From a virus: a stretch of DNA of 64,000 bases. Of this stretch, positions 1 through 8,808 are shown one piece after another. The position numbers and the translations under genes were made by a program. How positions within the stretch are numbered: position 1 is the stretch's first letter; every line of letters begins with the position of its first letter. The DNA lies in IMG/VR virus record IMGVR_UViG_3300032006_000003, positions 18,757 through 82,756 of that record, one strand, 5' to 3'. The notes below the pieces were generated by a model. It was not told where the DNA came from. It was given only the letters and a program-made list of their open reading frames with translations, and ran no database searches.

Positions 1-12
1 TATAACCTCCGT

Positions 13-213
13 TTATGTTGCTGGTTTCTCCACCTCGATTAATGCTTGCGTTGCATCCTGTACCTTACATAACCTACAACGCCGCCATGTAATCTTAGCC
101 TGATATTTGACATCTAAGTTATTTAATTGAAGAGAGAAGCTACCTTTAGCAGCTGGGTTCTCATCACATATAATACAATGGGATACAATATACTTATGTA
201 ATTCCACAGTCAT
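13..213 (-). CDS. Small CxxC..CxxC zinc-finger-like hypothetical protein
   Basis: 66-aa ORF with CIIC and CRLC pairs; GGAG SD upstream. Confidence 0.6.
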   Translation of the reverse strand: MTVELHKYIVSHCIICDENPAAKGSFSLQLNNLDVKYQAKITWRRCRLCKVQDATQALIEVEKPAT

Positions 214-222
214 ACCATTCTC

Positions 223-693
223 CTATACTTTATTTCTGCTTACAGTTAAGTTAGATTGAGGTCCAATATCATATTCAAGTAATGCTGGAAGTATCTTTGG
301 AGATTTGCTAGGATTAATCATTGCTTGGCTTGTTAACGTTTTAGACCCGCCTTCAAATTCAATTTTTCCTCCGCCATCTCCACCACTACTGCCTGAACTA
401 CTCCCCCCTGTTATAGCTTTAAAAACTTCAATAGCCTTTTCCATTTTATCCTGATAGCCTGAATTAAAATCATCAACCTCAAAGTCTGTGTCTGTTCCGG
501 GTTTAAATGTAGGAACTACTTCCTGATTCGTAGATAGATTTGCTACTTGACTCGCTACATTTTTTGCGTTTGAAGGGGCCTCTTTAGGCTGCTGCCTTAT
601 ATAATTTATGCCTGCTTGTACACCACCGCTACCTCCTGAAGTTGAAGGACCTGTAATCGCTTTATTAATTCCAAATGTTTTACGTACATTCAT
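223..693 (-). CDS. Gly/Ser-rich hypothetical protein, possibly internal head protein
   Basis: 156-aa ORF with INKA, MEKA and VFKA motifs like those in the head proteins. Confidence 0.6.
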   Translation of the reverse strand: MNVRKTFGINKAITGPSTSGGSGGVQAGINYIRQQPKEAPSNAKNVASQVANLSTNQEVVPTFKPGTDTDFEVDDFNSGYQDKMEKAIEVFKAITGGSSSGSSGGDGGGKIEFEGGSKTLTSQAMINPSKSPKILPALLEYDIGPQSNLTVSRNKV

Positions 694-860
694 TCGCTAT
701 TTACTCCACACATACAGTTACCTCCACAAGGACATCCATTCATTGTAAAGTCAGCACATTGATCACACTCACAATCACCAGTACATAAACATATAGATTC
801 TTCTATACATATACATATTTCACTATCAATATCACATATACATTCCGTTGTTATATTCAT
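690..860 (-). CDS. Metallothionein-like Cys-rich small protein (56 aa, 13 Cys); not in ORF track
   Basis: Manual translation MNITTECICDIDSEICICIEESICLCTGDCECDQCADFTMNGCPCGGNCMCGVNSE; ATGA overlaps with both flanking genes (860-857 and 693-690). Confidence 0.7.
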   Translation of the reverse strand: MNITTECICDIDSEICICIEESICLCTGDCECDQCADFTMNGCPCGGNCMCGVNSE

Positions 861-1510
861 TGTTGTTTCCTTCTCCCACGAAAATCTAATCCACGACTCT
901 CGTTAAACTGTTTTCTTTGATACTCTTCTTCCATCTGATTTACGGCATCTTCTGTGGGTTTGCCCGGATTGATTCCAGTACTTCTTACATACGCTTCAAA
1001 ACCCCGTCGTCGTTGTCTTGTTCGTGCCTCAGTTATCTTAGAACGATCATCTTTAGGTTTGCGTCTTGATAAATCTCGTAGTTCAAACCGATGATCTCGC
1101 ATGGAATTAATATTAACTTCATCTTCCATGTATGGGGTTTCTTTCATTGCATCTCGTACATGTGTTAATAATTCATCAGGATGATATGAATCGTTTAATG
1201 CATCTCTCCATCTAACTCCTTTTTCTGCTAAAGGATTTTGCATATTAGATAGGTCTGCTTCATTTCCTGCGATATGCCTAAAATTACGAATCCCTGTCAA
1301 TAAAGTTTGCGGGGTTCCTTCGTAAATATTATTTTTATATTCTTCATGTTGTGGACCGAAATCTTCTTTATCTGAAATACGTAACGTATAATCTTTATCA
1401 GGATGTAACTCCCGTGGGTCATAACGCATTTTTCCTTTTGCCATAGCAACCCCCAATGATTTTCGTAATCTTCGGTTCCTTGCTTTTCGTAAGGCTACGT
1501 ATCTTTTCAT
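857..1510 (-). CDS. Basic hypothetical protein, possibly internal head protein
   Basis: 217-aa ORF; N-terminal LRKA/LRKS/MAKG motifs; GAGG SD. Confidence 0.65.
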   Translation of the reverse strand: MKRYVALRKARNRRLRKSLGVAMAKGKMRYDPRELHPDKDYTLRISDKEDFGPQHEEYKNNIYEGTPQTLLTGIRNFRHIAGNEADLSNMQNPLAEKGVRWRDALNDSYHPDELLTHVRDAMKETPYMEDEVNINSMRDHRFELRDLSRRKPKDDRSKITEARTRQRRRGFEAYVRSTGINPGKPTEDAVNQMEEEYQRKQFNESRGLDFRGRRKQQ

Positions 1511-1523
1511 TTATGTTTAACCT

Positions 1524-1676
1524 CTATTCACTTTCAAGTACTTTCATTCCTAATGCAATAATACCACCAGTACAGCCCGTCGCAATTTCATTCATTCCAT
1601 AGTATAGACCTACTCCTGAGAGTATACCTAGTACTATTATCGCCATAAATATCTGTGGTCTTAATTTCCCCATCAT
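1524..1676 (-). CDS. Small membrane protein with two hydrophobic segments (holin-like size); not in ORF track
   Basis: Manual translation MMGKLRPQIFMAIIVLGILSGVGLYYGMNEIATGCTGGIIALGMKVLESE (50 aa); AGGAGAGG SD. Confidence 0.65.
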   Translation of the reverse strand: MMGKLRPQIFMAIIVLGILSGVGLYYGMNEIATGCTGGIIALGMKVLESE

Positions 1677-1687
1677 TATATCCTCTC

Positions 1688-1828
1688 CTAATACCACCTA
1701 TCATATCTTGGTGGTTGCTTCTTCTCCCCTACATTTTCAATCTCTTCCCAATATTTAACTGAATCATATGATCTATCTCTAGTAGTCATGGCGAACCATC
1801 TCCATAGAGATCGCAGGACTCTTATCAT
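1688..1828 (-). CDS. Small hypothetical protein (46 aa); not in ORF track
   Basis: MIRVLRSLWRWFAMTTRDRSYDSVKYWEEIENVGEKKQPPRYDRWY fills the gap between neighbouring genes. Confidence 0.45.
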   Translation of the reverse strand: MIRVLRSLWRWFAMTTRDRSYDSVKYWEEIENVGEKKQPPRYDRWY

Positions 1829-3897
1829 TTATAGTTCCTTCTCCTATCAATATTTTTGGCAAGGGAAACCATTGTATCGTACATGCCATCTAATGTCTTA
1901 TATAATTTCTGCATCTTCTCAGGACCTGATACTATTGATCGTCCGCCCCGTTCTCCCATCCACTTATCATATTTATCTTTTGTCTGTTTAGCCTTCCTTT
2001 CTTTAGCACGATCTGGATGTTGTCTATAAGCCTCTCTAGCCTTCTGTTCTTCTCGTTCACGATCCCTGTTTGTGTTACCTATTCTACCTTCTTCATAGTA
2101 AGAACCCTCACCATGTCTTTCAGAAAGCAATCGTCCTCGATCATCTGTTTGTTCTTCAATAGGTTTCTTCGCTTCTCTAGACCTTCGTTCTACTTCTCTC
2201 CGATGGCTAGGATGGCTATCGCCCCATATCTGATCATCCCATCCTCCTTTATCATCCCAATCTTCTTTTACAGCATCTCCCACATCTGCATATATTGTAT
2301 CTGACCAATCTCGTGTCTGTCTTCCAACTGGTCCTTCTCTTTTTCCTGTTGGGGCAGTAGGTATACCCTGTAGAAACGCATCATCAGGATATTGATCTTT
2401 TAATCCTTGTGTAGCCATCATACCACCAGATGTCCGATTCGCATGACTATCCAAAAATTGTGGGTTTCCTTCCTCTGGAGAATCGTCACCCTTCTTTCCT
2501 TTAAAAGGATTCCAATCTTTCATCATTTGAGCAGCCATAACATATTGTTTCAATAGTTTTTGAGAAGCGTAACTATCTATCCCTGTATCAGGAGCCTGCT
2601 TATATAATTTAAGTAATCGTTTAGTTAATGACATTGTTTCTTTGCCCTCCCTATTAGTAGCCTTTGGTGATTTAGAATAAGACGGAGCATCTTCATCATT
2701 AATCTCCGCAATCATTTCACTATTCTCTGCAACAATCCACGGTGGTTTATTATGCATGACCACACCCTTACCATCAGTCTCCACTTCTGCGTAACGTTGA
2801 TATCGTCCAGCAGCAGGATCAATCTCTGATGGGAAGCCATACTCTCGTAATAGATGATCATGTTCCCGTTTCCGTGCTTCATAGTTATGTAATGTAGTAA
2901 AGGACTCTCCCGTTTTTAATGGGTCTTTCCCGGATGATTTGCCAGTAGCCTTAGTATTTTTGTGATTTATGTCAAAGTCTACTTTTTGTTTCAATAGTTT
3001 TTGTGATGGATGGTTAGCATCATAATGCGCTTCAGGATTTTCTCCTTGTCGTTGTCGTAGTGCTTCATTAGCAGCTGAAAAATCCAGCTTGATTTTCCCG
3101 CCTTTTTTAGCAGGACCTCTACCTCGCATATCTTGAATTTCTTCCGCACTTAATTCAGGAAACTGTTCTTCATATGCTTTATCTGGACCTTTAGGAAAAT
3201 GTCTTGCTAAAGCATCCTCAAGATGTCGGGAGCCTCTCCTTCTTTTTCCACCAAAATCTTTTGACGGACCTTCACCTTCAACATCAATAGAAGGATTTCT
3301 TTTTTTAGCCCTATCGTAAGCAGATTCTTTCTCCTCATGTTCCTTCAATAGTTTCAGAAACTTTTCTACATTGGGGTCCCTACTACTTCCCTCATCATAT
3401 GCTGAGTAAGGAGAATCTGGAGTCCAAGGTTTAAATTTTCTTTTCCCCGGTATTTGACTCTCAGGCATCTCAACAACATTGCCTTCATTTGTTTCAAGCA
3501 TTGCTATTCGTTCTTCTTGAGTTGGCTTACTAGGATTCCTATTTGAAAGTTCTTCATACTCTCGTATCAAAGCTTCTTCTAAAGTCTCACCGGGTCTTCG
3601 GTTCCCCTTCAAACCACCCTTCAAAAGTTGATTTGCTCTAGCAAAAGACTTCAACATTTCGGTAGAGAATACCATATTCTGCATTCCTCCCCCTCGTCCT
3701 CCTCGTCCTGCCATAGTTTCGTCATGCATAGGACCACCTTGCCCCATATCTTTAGGTTTACGAACCCAATGTCCAATAGCAGCAGAGTCCATTCCTAGTT
3801 GCCGATAATTTTCTTCGGTTACTAAGTCGTGAGTATCTGCCGAAGGTAAACCTTCTTTCGCAGTATATTTACTTCCTCTTCGTTGTTTTCCCGGCAT
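1825..3897 (-). CDS. Highly charged, likely disordered protein; putative internal head protein
   Basis: 690-aa ORF; many LLK/MLK/MMK motifs; GGAGG SD; AGTATAAT motif upstream. Confidence 0.65.
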   Translation of the reverse strand: MPGKQRRGSKYTAKEGLPSADTHDLVTEENYRQLGMDSAAIGHWVRKPKDMGQGGPMHDETMAGRGGRGGGMQNMVFSTEMLKSFARANQLLKGGLKGNRRPGETLEEALIREYEELSNRNPSKPTQEERIAMLETNEGNVVEMPESQIPGKRKFKPWTPDSPYSAYDEGSSRDPNVEKFLKLLKEHEEKESAYDRAKKRNPSIDVEGEGPSKDFGGKRRRGSRHLEDALARHFPKGPDKAYEEQFPELSAEEIQDMRGRGPAKKGGKIKLDFSAANEALRQRQGENPEAHYDANHPSQKLLKQKVDFDINHKNTKATGKSSGKDPLKTGESFTTLHNYEARKREHDHLLREYGFPSEIDPAAGRYQRYAEVETDGKGVVMHNKPPWIVAENSEMIAEINDEDAPSYSKSPKATNREGKETMSLTKRLLKLYKQAPDTGIDSYASQKLLKQYVMAAQMMKDWNPFKGKKGDDSPEEGNPQFLDSHANRTSGGMMATQGLKDQYPDDAFLQGIPTAPTGKREGPVGRQTRDWSDTIYADVGDAVKEDWDDKGGWDDQIWGDSHPSHRREVERRSREAKKPIEEQTDDRGRLLSERHGEGSYYEEGRIGNTNRDREREEQKAREAYRQHPDRAKERKAKQTKDKYDKWMGERGGRSIVSGPEKMQKLYKTLDGMYDTMVSLAKNIDRRRNYK

Positions 3898-3916
3898 GAC
3901 TTACCTCCTATGGTTA

Positions 3917-5614
3917 TTATACTATATCGAGTATCTCTTTCGCTAGGGCGTACTCAGTTTCCATACGTAACGTATCTTTTTGTATAGGTAACCCTTTTAA
4001 TATTTCAAGTGCTTTAACGTGTTCTTTTATTAATTTTTGTGGCATCATCAGAGACAATCCATAGAAAGTGTCGCTTAACGATTCAGGTGCTTTCCACGGT
4101 TTCTGATTATTTGATGCCTGCATTGATTCCGAAAGAGCAGCAGCACTACTATTTGCTGGCTGCTTTGCTGTAACCGTGTGGGCAGTATTAACCGGGGGCT
4201 TTGTAAAATTAGTTGCATTTACAGGCTTATACTTAACGCTAGTAGACGTTACTGTATTATGAGCAGCTGGATTTTGAATACTATTAGATGCTACGGCTCT
4301 TGGTGGTGGTGTACCACTTGTAGTCTTTAGTCCTGAATTAGGATCGTTAGGATTATTTAAGTTCATATTATAGTTAGGATTCTCTGTTTTGAACTTAGCT
4401 TGAGCCTCTGCCCCAACAGGTGTATTATATTTATCGTATTGAGCAGCCATTCTCTCAGCAGCTGCTCTACGAGGATCATCTGCTCGTAAATCCGCAGGAA
4501 GTTCTAAAGTATCGTTATCACCCGAACCAAACCGATAAACAACCATATCTCCTTTCTGGCCTGCAAAGTCCTCATCAACAACATCAGTACGAATTTCTTT
4601 CCCTGTAATACTTGTTTGTGTCATAGCACCTTTTTGTTTATCTTCTATAGGAGTTATTGCAGTATCATCTGATCTATATTGTTTACCTGTAGCTGGGTTA
4701 ACAACAGTAGGTGTAGGTGCAACATCGGACTCCAGATTCTCCTTACCTCCGCTACCAGCAGCACTACTACCAGCAGCATCACTACCAGTAGCAGCATTTC
4801 CGCCACCAGCGGGGGCAGCGGCTGCCTCATTAGCTGTCTCAGTAGTAATTGATGCTACATCAACCCAACCAGTATCAGATTCATTTCGCTGGAAAGTTTG
4901 ATTCCCCAGACGATAATATGTTTGTCCATCTGCACCAATATATTCACCATCAATATTATTGTCAGCAGATGCAACCTCATCTACAGGATTAGGATCGTCA
5001 CCATCAACAGCCTCAAGAGCAGCATTAGCTGCGTTATTTGCATCAATAGTTTCATTCAAGTCTGCATTAGCAGCAGCACCTTTAGCGGCTTCAGCATCAG
5101 CAGCTGCTTGGTCTGCAACCTCAATTCGCATTTGATTATCTATAAAATCTTGTTCAGAGTATCCGGGGTCATCCTCAAAGATTTCATTATAAGGAGGCTT
5201 AGACCACCACGGATCACCACCTACAGCTGTGTCTGCGGGTGCTTCTACATTAGCGGTTGGAGTAGTAGCAGCATCAGGATCAAAAGTACCTTCTGGATAC
5301 CCTACAATATTACCAGATGAATCTCTATAAACTCCTTCAACTTCTGAATCATCAATATCATCTGGATTCATATTTCGTAATTTAGCTAATGCTTCTTTAG
5401 CTTCCTGCCTAAGAGTAGCCTCTGTATCTCCACCCCCATCATCTTGTGATGCTGGTGCTTCAGGATTAGCGGCGTATCCGGGGTCACCGGGAAACTGTAC
5501 AGTTGTATCATCTCTAGGTGTACCGTCATGTTTATGCGTAGCTTGTGTACCCATTTGATGTTTGAGCAATTCTTCTGCCCTTGTGTATGCTTTTAATAAC
5601 TTTAATTTATTCAT
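3917..5614 (-). CDS. Acidic Ala/Asp-rich protein; putative internal head or ejected protein
   Basis: 565-aa ORF immediately downstream of the prohead protease; LLK/LIK/ILK motifs concentrated at both termini. Confidence 0.6.
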   Translation of the reverse strand: MNKLKLLKAYTRAEELLKHQMGTQATHKHDGTPRDDTTVQFPGDPGYAANPEAPASQDDGGGDTEATLRQEAKEALAKLRNMNPDDIDDSEVEGVYRDSSGNIVGYPEGTFDPDAATTPTANVEAPADTAVGGDPWWSKPPYNEIFEDDPGYSEQDFIDNQMRIEVADQAAADAEAAKGAAANADLNETIDANNAANAALEAVDGDDPNPVDEVASADNNIDGEYIGADGQTYYRLGNQTFQRNESDTGWVDVASITTETANEAAAAPAGGGNAATGSDAAGSSAAGSGGKENLESDVAPTPTVVNPATGKQYRSDDTAITPIEDKQKGAMTQTSITGKEIRTDVVDEDFAGQKGDMVVYRFGSGDNDTLELPADLRADDPRRAAAERMAAQYDKYNTPVGAEAQAKFKTENPNYNMNLNNPNDPNSGLKTTSGTPPPRAVASNSIQNPAAHNTVTSTSVKYKPVNATNFTKPPVNTAHTVTAKQPANSSAAALSESMQASNNQKPWKAPESLSDTFYGLSLMMPQKLIKEHVKALEILKGLPIQKDTLRMETEYALAKEILDIV

Positions 5615-5615
5615 G

Positions 5616-7139
5616 TTAATTTCCTAAATTAGATTTATTTTGTAAGCCGTAGGGTCCCCAATTAAAGCTAGGAGGTTCTTCATTTAATGTCCATTGCTGT
5701 TGAGCATCCGATAGATACTTAACCATAGCTGTTATATTATCTCCTTCTTCTACCTCCCACTTAGTATCAACCGTCACATCTGCGGGAGTTGGTTTTAATC
5801 CTGTCTTTAAAGCATTGCCCGTATTGGAAAACCATCCATCAGGTATAGGATCAAACTTAGTAAGAAACTTCTGTAGTTTATCTATATCAGATTCTTCTTC
5901 ATCCTCCGTATCCCATTTGGCTTGAAGTTCAGGAGGAACCTCCGCAGCCGATGTAGGTTCGGTATCTTGATCAGGATTCCGTGGCATAATAACATCATCT
6001 AAAACGCTATCTTCCATACTATGGGGGGCTTTAAACCTTGTAATGAGGTTTTCTATCTCGTCACCACTTAGATGATCGGGGATATCCTCCTTTGTTTTTA
6101 TCAAGTCTAAAAATGAGCGGGTGAAATCTATTGATCCATCCTCTCTTTTACTTAGATGTATCTCAATTGAGATGCCTTCTTCCTCTTCTGTGTCCAATGT
6201 GTGAGGCGAATCCTCTTCAGGTTTATATAGAGTACAGTAATCATCTGCTTCTATATCTCCTGACACCGTTTCACAGGAGTTCTCTTGTTCATTAAAGTAT
6301 ATACAAGAGCCACATGCTATATTCATTGCTAGTTCAGCGGGTGTAGATTCTCTATAACCACATTGTTCTTTAGATACCTTACCCGTCTGTTCACTCATAT
6401 CTGCTTTTAATAGATCAAATGAAGCCCCTTGGTTAACACCTTTCTCACATACAGTAACTTCGGCAAGTTCCATCTCATCGACTTGCATGTATGGCATTAA
6501 TCCTTTGGTCATGTTCTGAACCTTTGTAGCAGACCCCGCAATGGAATAGGATTTTAGTTTCCCTTGTTTAATTTGATCCCTTACTCTATCTGCGATCTTA
6601 GTATCATTCCGTATTTCACAGATAAAGAAGAGTCCTTTATCATTCACATCACTCTTATATATTTGTCCACCCTTTGTTATATAGGCTGGTAATGCCCAAC
6701 CTACCTGTACATCAGAGTGGAGAACCATAGCGTTACGAGTACGGAAGTTTTCCATGTACTTTTTAAAAGCTGTTCGTAAGGCTCCTGTAGTAATCAAATG
6801 GCCTTCCCTGTCTATTAATTCGACTGATGCTGGCCCACCTACCACCATAACACTCTCGTCGGGTATACCCATCGCCGCTTGTGTATAAGTGGGGCTATCA
6901 GGAAAGGCTCGTGATAAGGTCAGTATTTCAGCATCAGAGGCAACTCCAGCATTAAAGAGCCTGTCAAACTCATCTAAGGCTTCGGTTATGTTTTCCATAG
7001 TAGTAGTTCCCCCAAATGTTTCTACAGGAGATTCTGCCTTTTCAAGAAACATAACCTCTGCATCTGAGGGAACTTGTTGAAATTGGTCACGAACTCCCAG
7101 AAAAAATGATCGGGGTTTGTGGCTTGTAAAAGTAACCAT
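5616..7139 (-). CDS. HK97-type prohead maturation protease with C-terminal HiPIP-like 4-Cys domain
   Basis: ASVELIDREG, MVLH, KSYSIAG and EVTVCEKGVN match the HK97/S78 protease pattern (His, Ser); likely start at ATG 7139 (TAATG overlap). Confidence 0.85.
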   Translation of the reverse strand: MVTFTSHKPRSFFLGVRDQFQQVPSDAEVMFLEKAESPVETFGGTTTMENITEALDEFDRLFNAGVASDAEILTLSRAFPDSPTYTQAAMGIPDESVMVVGGPASVELIDREGHLITTGALRTAFKKYMENFRTRNAMVLHSDVQVGWALPAYITKGGQIYKSDVNDKGLFFICEIRNDTKIADRVRDQIKQGKLKSYSIAGSATKVQNMTKGLMPYMQVDEMELAEVTVCEKGVNQGASFDLLKADMSEQTGKVSKEQCGYRESTPAELAMNIACGSCIYFNEQENSCETVSGDIEADDYCTLYKPEEDSPHTLDTEEEEGISIEIHLSKREDGSIDFTRSFLDLIKTKEDIPDHLSGDEIENLITRFKAPHSMEDSVLDDVIMPRNPDQDTEPTSAAEVPPELQAKWDTEDEEESDIDKLQKFLTKFDPIPDGWFSNTGNALKTGLKPTPADVTVDTKWEVEEGDNITAMVKYLSDAQQQWTLNEEPPSFNWGPYGLQNKSNLGN

Positions 7140-8152
7140 TAGCCAGAATGTACTCCCCATATGTATCCACGTATTGTAGTACCAGCACTAGAGGCAATTA
7201 CACTAACTGAGTTGGCTTCTATAGGCCAATTAGTTTCAAATGTATCTCCTCCTGCTATGGGAATTCCTTCTCCAGCTACGGCTACATCATCGAATGCTAC
7301 GGTAATTATATTATTAGTAGCATGGTAACTTTCTTGATTAATTATTTTAATTCCTCTTACATGGGTCATGCCTGAAAATTTTTGTGATGCCGACAAGTCT
7401 GCGGCTCCTTCCCAAACAAAACGTTCCCCTACAGAGGATAGTGGTTGATGCCCATCTACATATGCAGAGTGGGCGTTTTGAGTTCGTAATTCATACATAA
7501 ACATATCAGCATACCAAGCTGTTGTATTGTTATTCCACATACTTCCTGAAGGGCGTACCTGAATTCTATATTCTTCAGACGTTCCAACTGGAACATGGTA
7601 AGCAACAGAGATGCGTTGGAATGACGTAGTTAAAGTAACTGCATCTCCAGTAGCAAGGGTTGTAGTTCCTGCTGCATTTTGAATAACCATTTCGACAGCT
7701 GCCGTTGCCGACCCTGACTTCGCAACATAGACGGATGCTTCCATCGCAGTTCCGTATCTACCACCGCCACCAATCTGTGGGGTTGCTACATAAAACCCAT
7801 CCGCAGTAGTTGAGGTCGCTGCTCCACCACCACGAGTAACTTTTAGTCCATGAGCCACTCCATTAGGTGTAGTAGACCCACTAATAGCTTCTCCACTATA
7901 TGCAACTCGTGCTAGGGTGACATCGCCACCACCAGTTTTAGTATACATTGTAATATCGGCGTTTTCAATGTTTGGGTTTGTGGCAAGATTTACGGCAGGG
8001 ATTCCACGATTAGCTGTGTCCACTAAAGTCACAGCTGACGTACCTATGTCCTGTTGGGTTATTCCAATATATTTAGTCCATAAATGAACGCTGGACCGTG
8101 TACTTGGGTCTATCTCCCATGAGGTCCAATCTTCTGCACGTAATGATGACAT
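7139..8152 (-). CDS. Putative virion protein with beta-sandwich/carbohydrate-binding-like domain
   Basis: 337 aa, Thr/Gly/Ala-rich, NLATNPNIE..VTLTTSFQRISV pattern; head module context. Confidence 0.5.
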   Translation of the reverse strand: MSSLRAEDWTSWEIDPSTRSSVHLWTKYIGITQQDIGTSAVTLVDTANRGIPAVNLATNPNIENADITMYTKTGGGDVTLARVAYSGEAISGSTTPNGVAHGLKVTRGGGAATSTTADGFYVATPQIGGGGRYGTAMEASVYVAKSGSATAAVEMVIQNAAGTTTLATGDAVTLTTSFQRISVAYHVPVGTSEEYRIQVRPSGSMWNNNTTAWYADMFMYELRTQNAHSAYVDGHQPLSSVGERFVWEGAADLSASQKFSGMTHVRGIKIINQESYHATNNIITVAFDDVAVAGEGIPIAGGDTFETNWPIEANSVSVIASSAGTTIRGYIWGVHSG

Positions 8153-8162
8153 AATGTTTCTC

Positions 8163-8420
8163 CTATTTTAGTAGGCGCATCATACCAAAAATGGAACTAA
8201 GAACAAAGGTAGTATGTACTATAAGTAATCCTATACCTCCTGTTATCCATTTAGCCCCTAAAAATTTGCTACGCCAATCCCGTATTTCGTCTACTTCCGA
8301 ATCTATTTTTTCTAATCTAAGACATAAATTTGCATTTAAGTTAGCTTGAGTTTCTATATAATTATCTAATCTTTCCATGTATACAGCGAGTTTGACATTT
8401 AAATCGTTTTTCGCTGCCAT
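8163..8420 (-). CDS. Coiled-coil plus C-terminal TM protein (XhlA/holin-like architecture)
   Basis: 85 aa; heptad-like N-terminus then hydrophobic WITGGIGLLIVHTTFVLSSIFG. Confidence 0.5.
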   Translation of the reverse strand: MAAKNDLNVKLAVYMERLDNYIETQANLNANLCLRLEKIDSEVDEIRDWRSKFLGAKWITGGIGLLIVHTTFVLSSIFGMMRLLK

Positions 8421-8424
8421 ACTA

Positions 8425-8748
8425 CTATCTACCGAAAGCTATAATACGAACTACTTCAGCAACTGTACCAGTAGCTTCCTGAAGAGCATTACCATCTCCA
8501 CTAGCCACATACAAATCAAGTGTTCCATTTGTGTAGTCATACTGTGGAACATAAGCAGAGTTTGCTCCTCCATCAGCTTCTGATGCACAAAGCATTATAT
8601 GTATTGACTCTAGTCCTATATCGGTCGCTGAGATTGCGGCTCCTGCATATGAACCTGAAAACGTAACTGTTTTAATTACGTACTTATTATTACCGGGAAC
8701 TCCTGCCATATCGGAAGCATTCCCCGGAGTTGTGATTGCAAATGCCAT
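8425..8748 (-). CDS. Putative capsid decoration/head protein
   Basis: 107-aa beta-rich protein directly downstream of the major capsid gene. Confidence 0.55.
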   Translation of the reverse strand: MAFAITTPGNASDMAGVPGNNKYVIKTVTFSGSYAGAAISATDIGLESIHIMLCASEADGGANSAYVPQYDYTNGTLDLYVASGDGNALQEATGTVAEVVRIIAFGR

Positions 8749-8770
8749 TGTATTCCTCCTTACATATGAA

Positions 8771-8798
8771 GGGGGTAGAGCGTGAGAACCCTACCCCC
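8771..8798 (-). terminator. GC-rich hairpin after the major capsid gene (terminator/attenuator or mRNA stabiliser)
   Basis: Minus strand GGGGGTAGGG-TTCTCACG-CTCTACCCCC followed by only a weak T-tract. Confidence 0.6.
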
Positions 8799-8808
8799 AA
8801 CAATTTAA

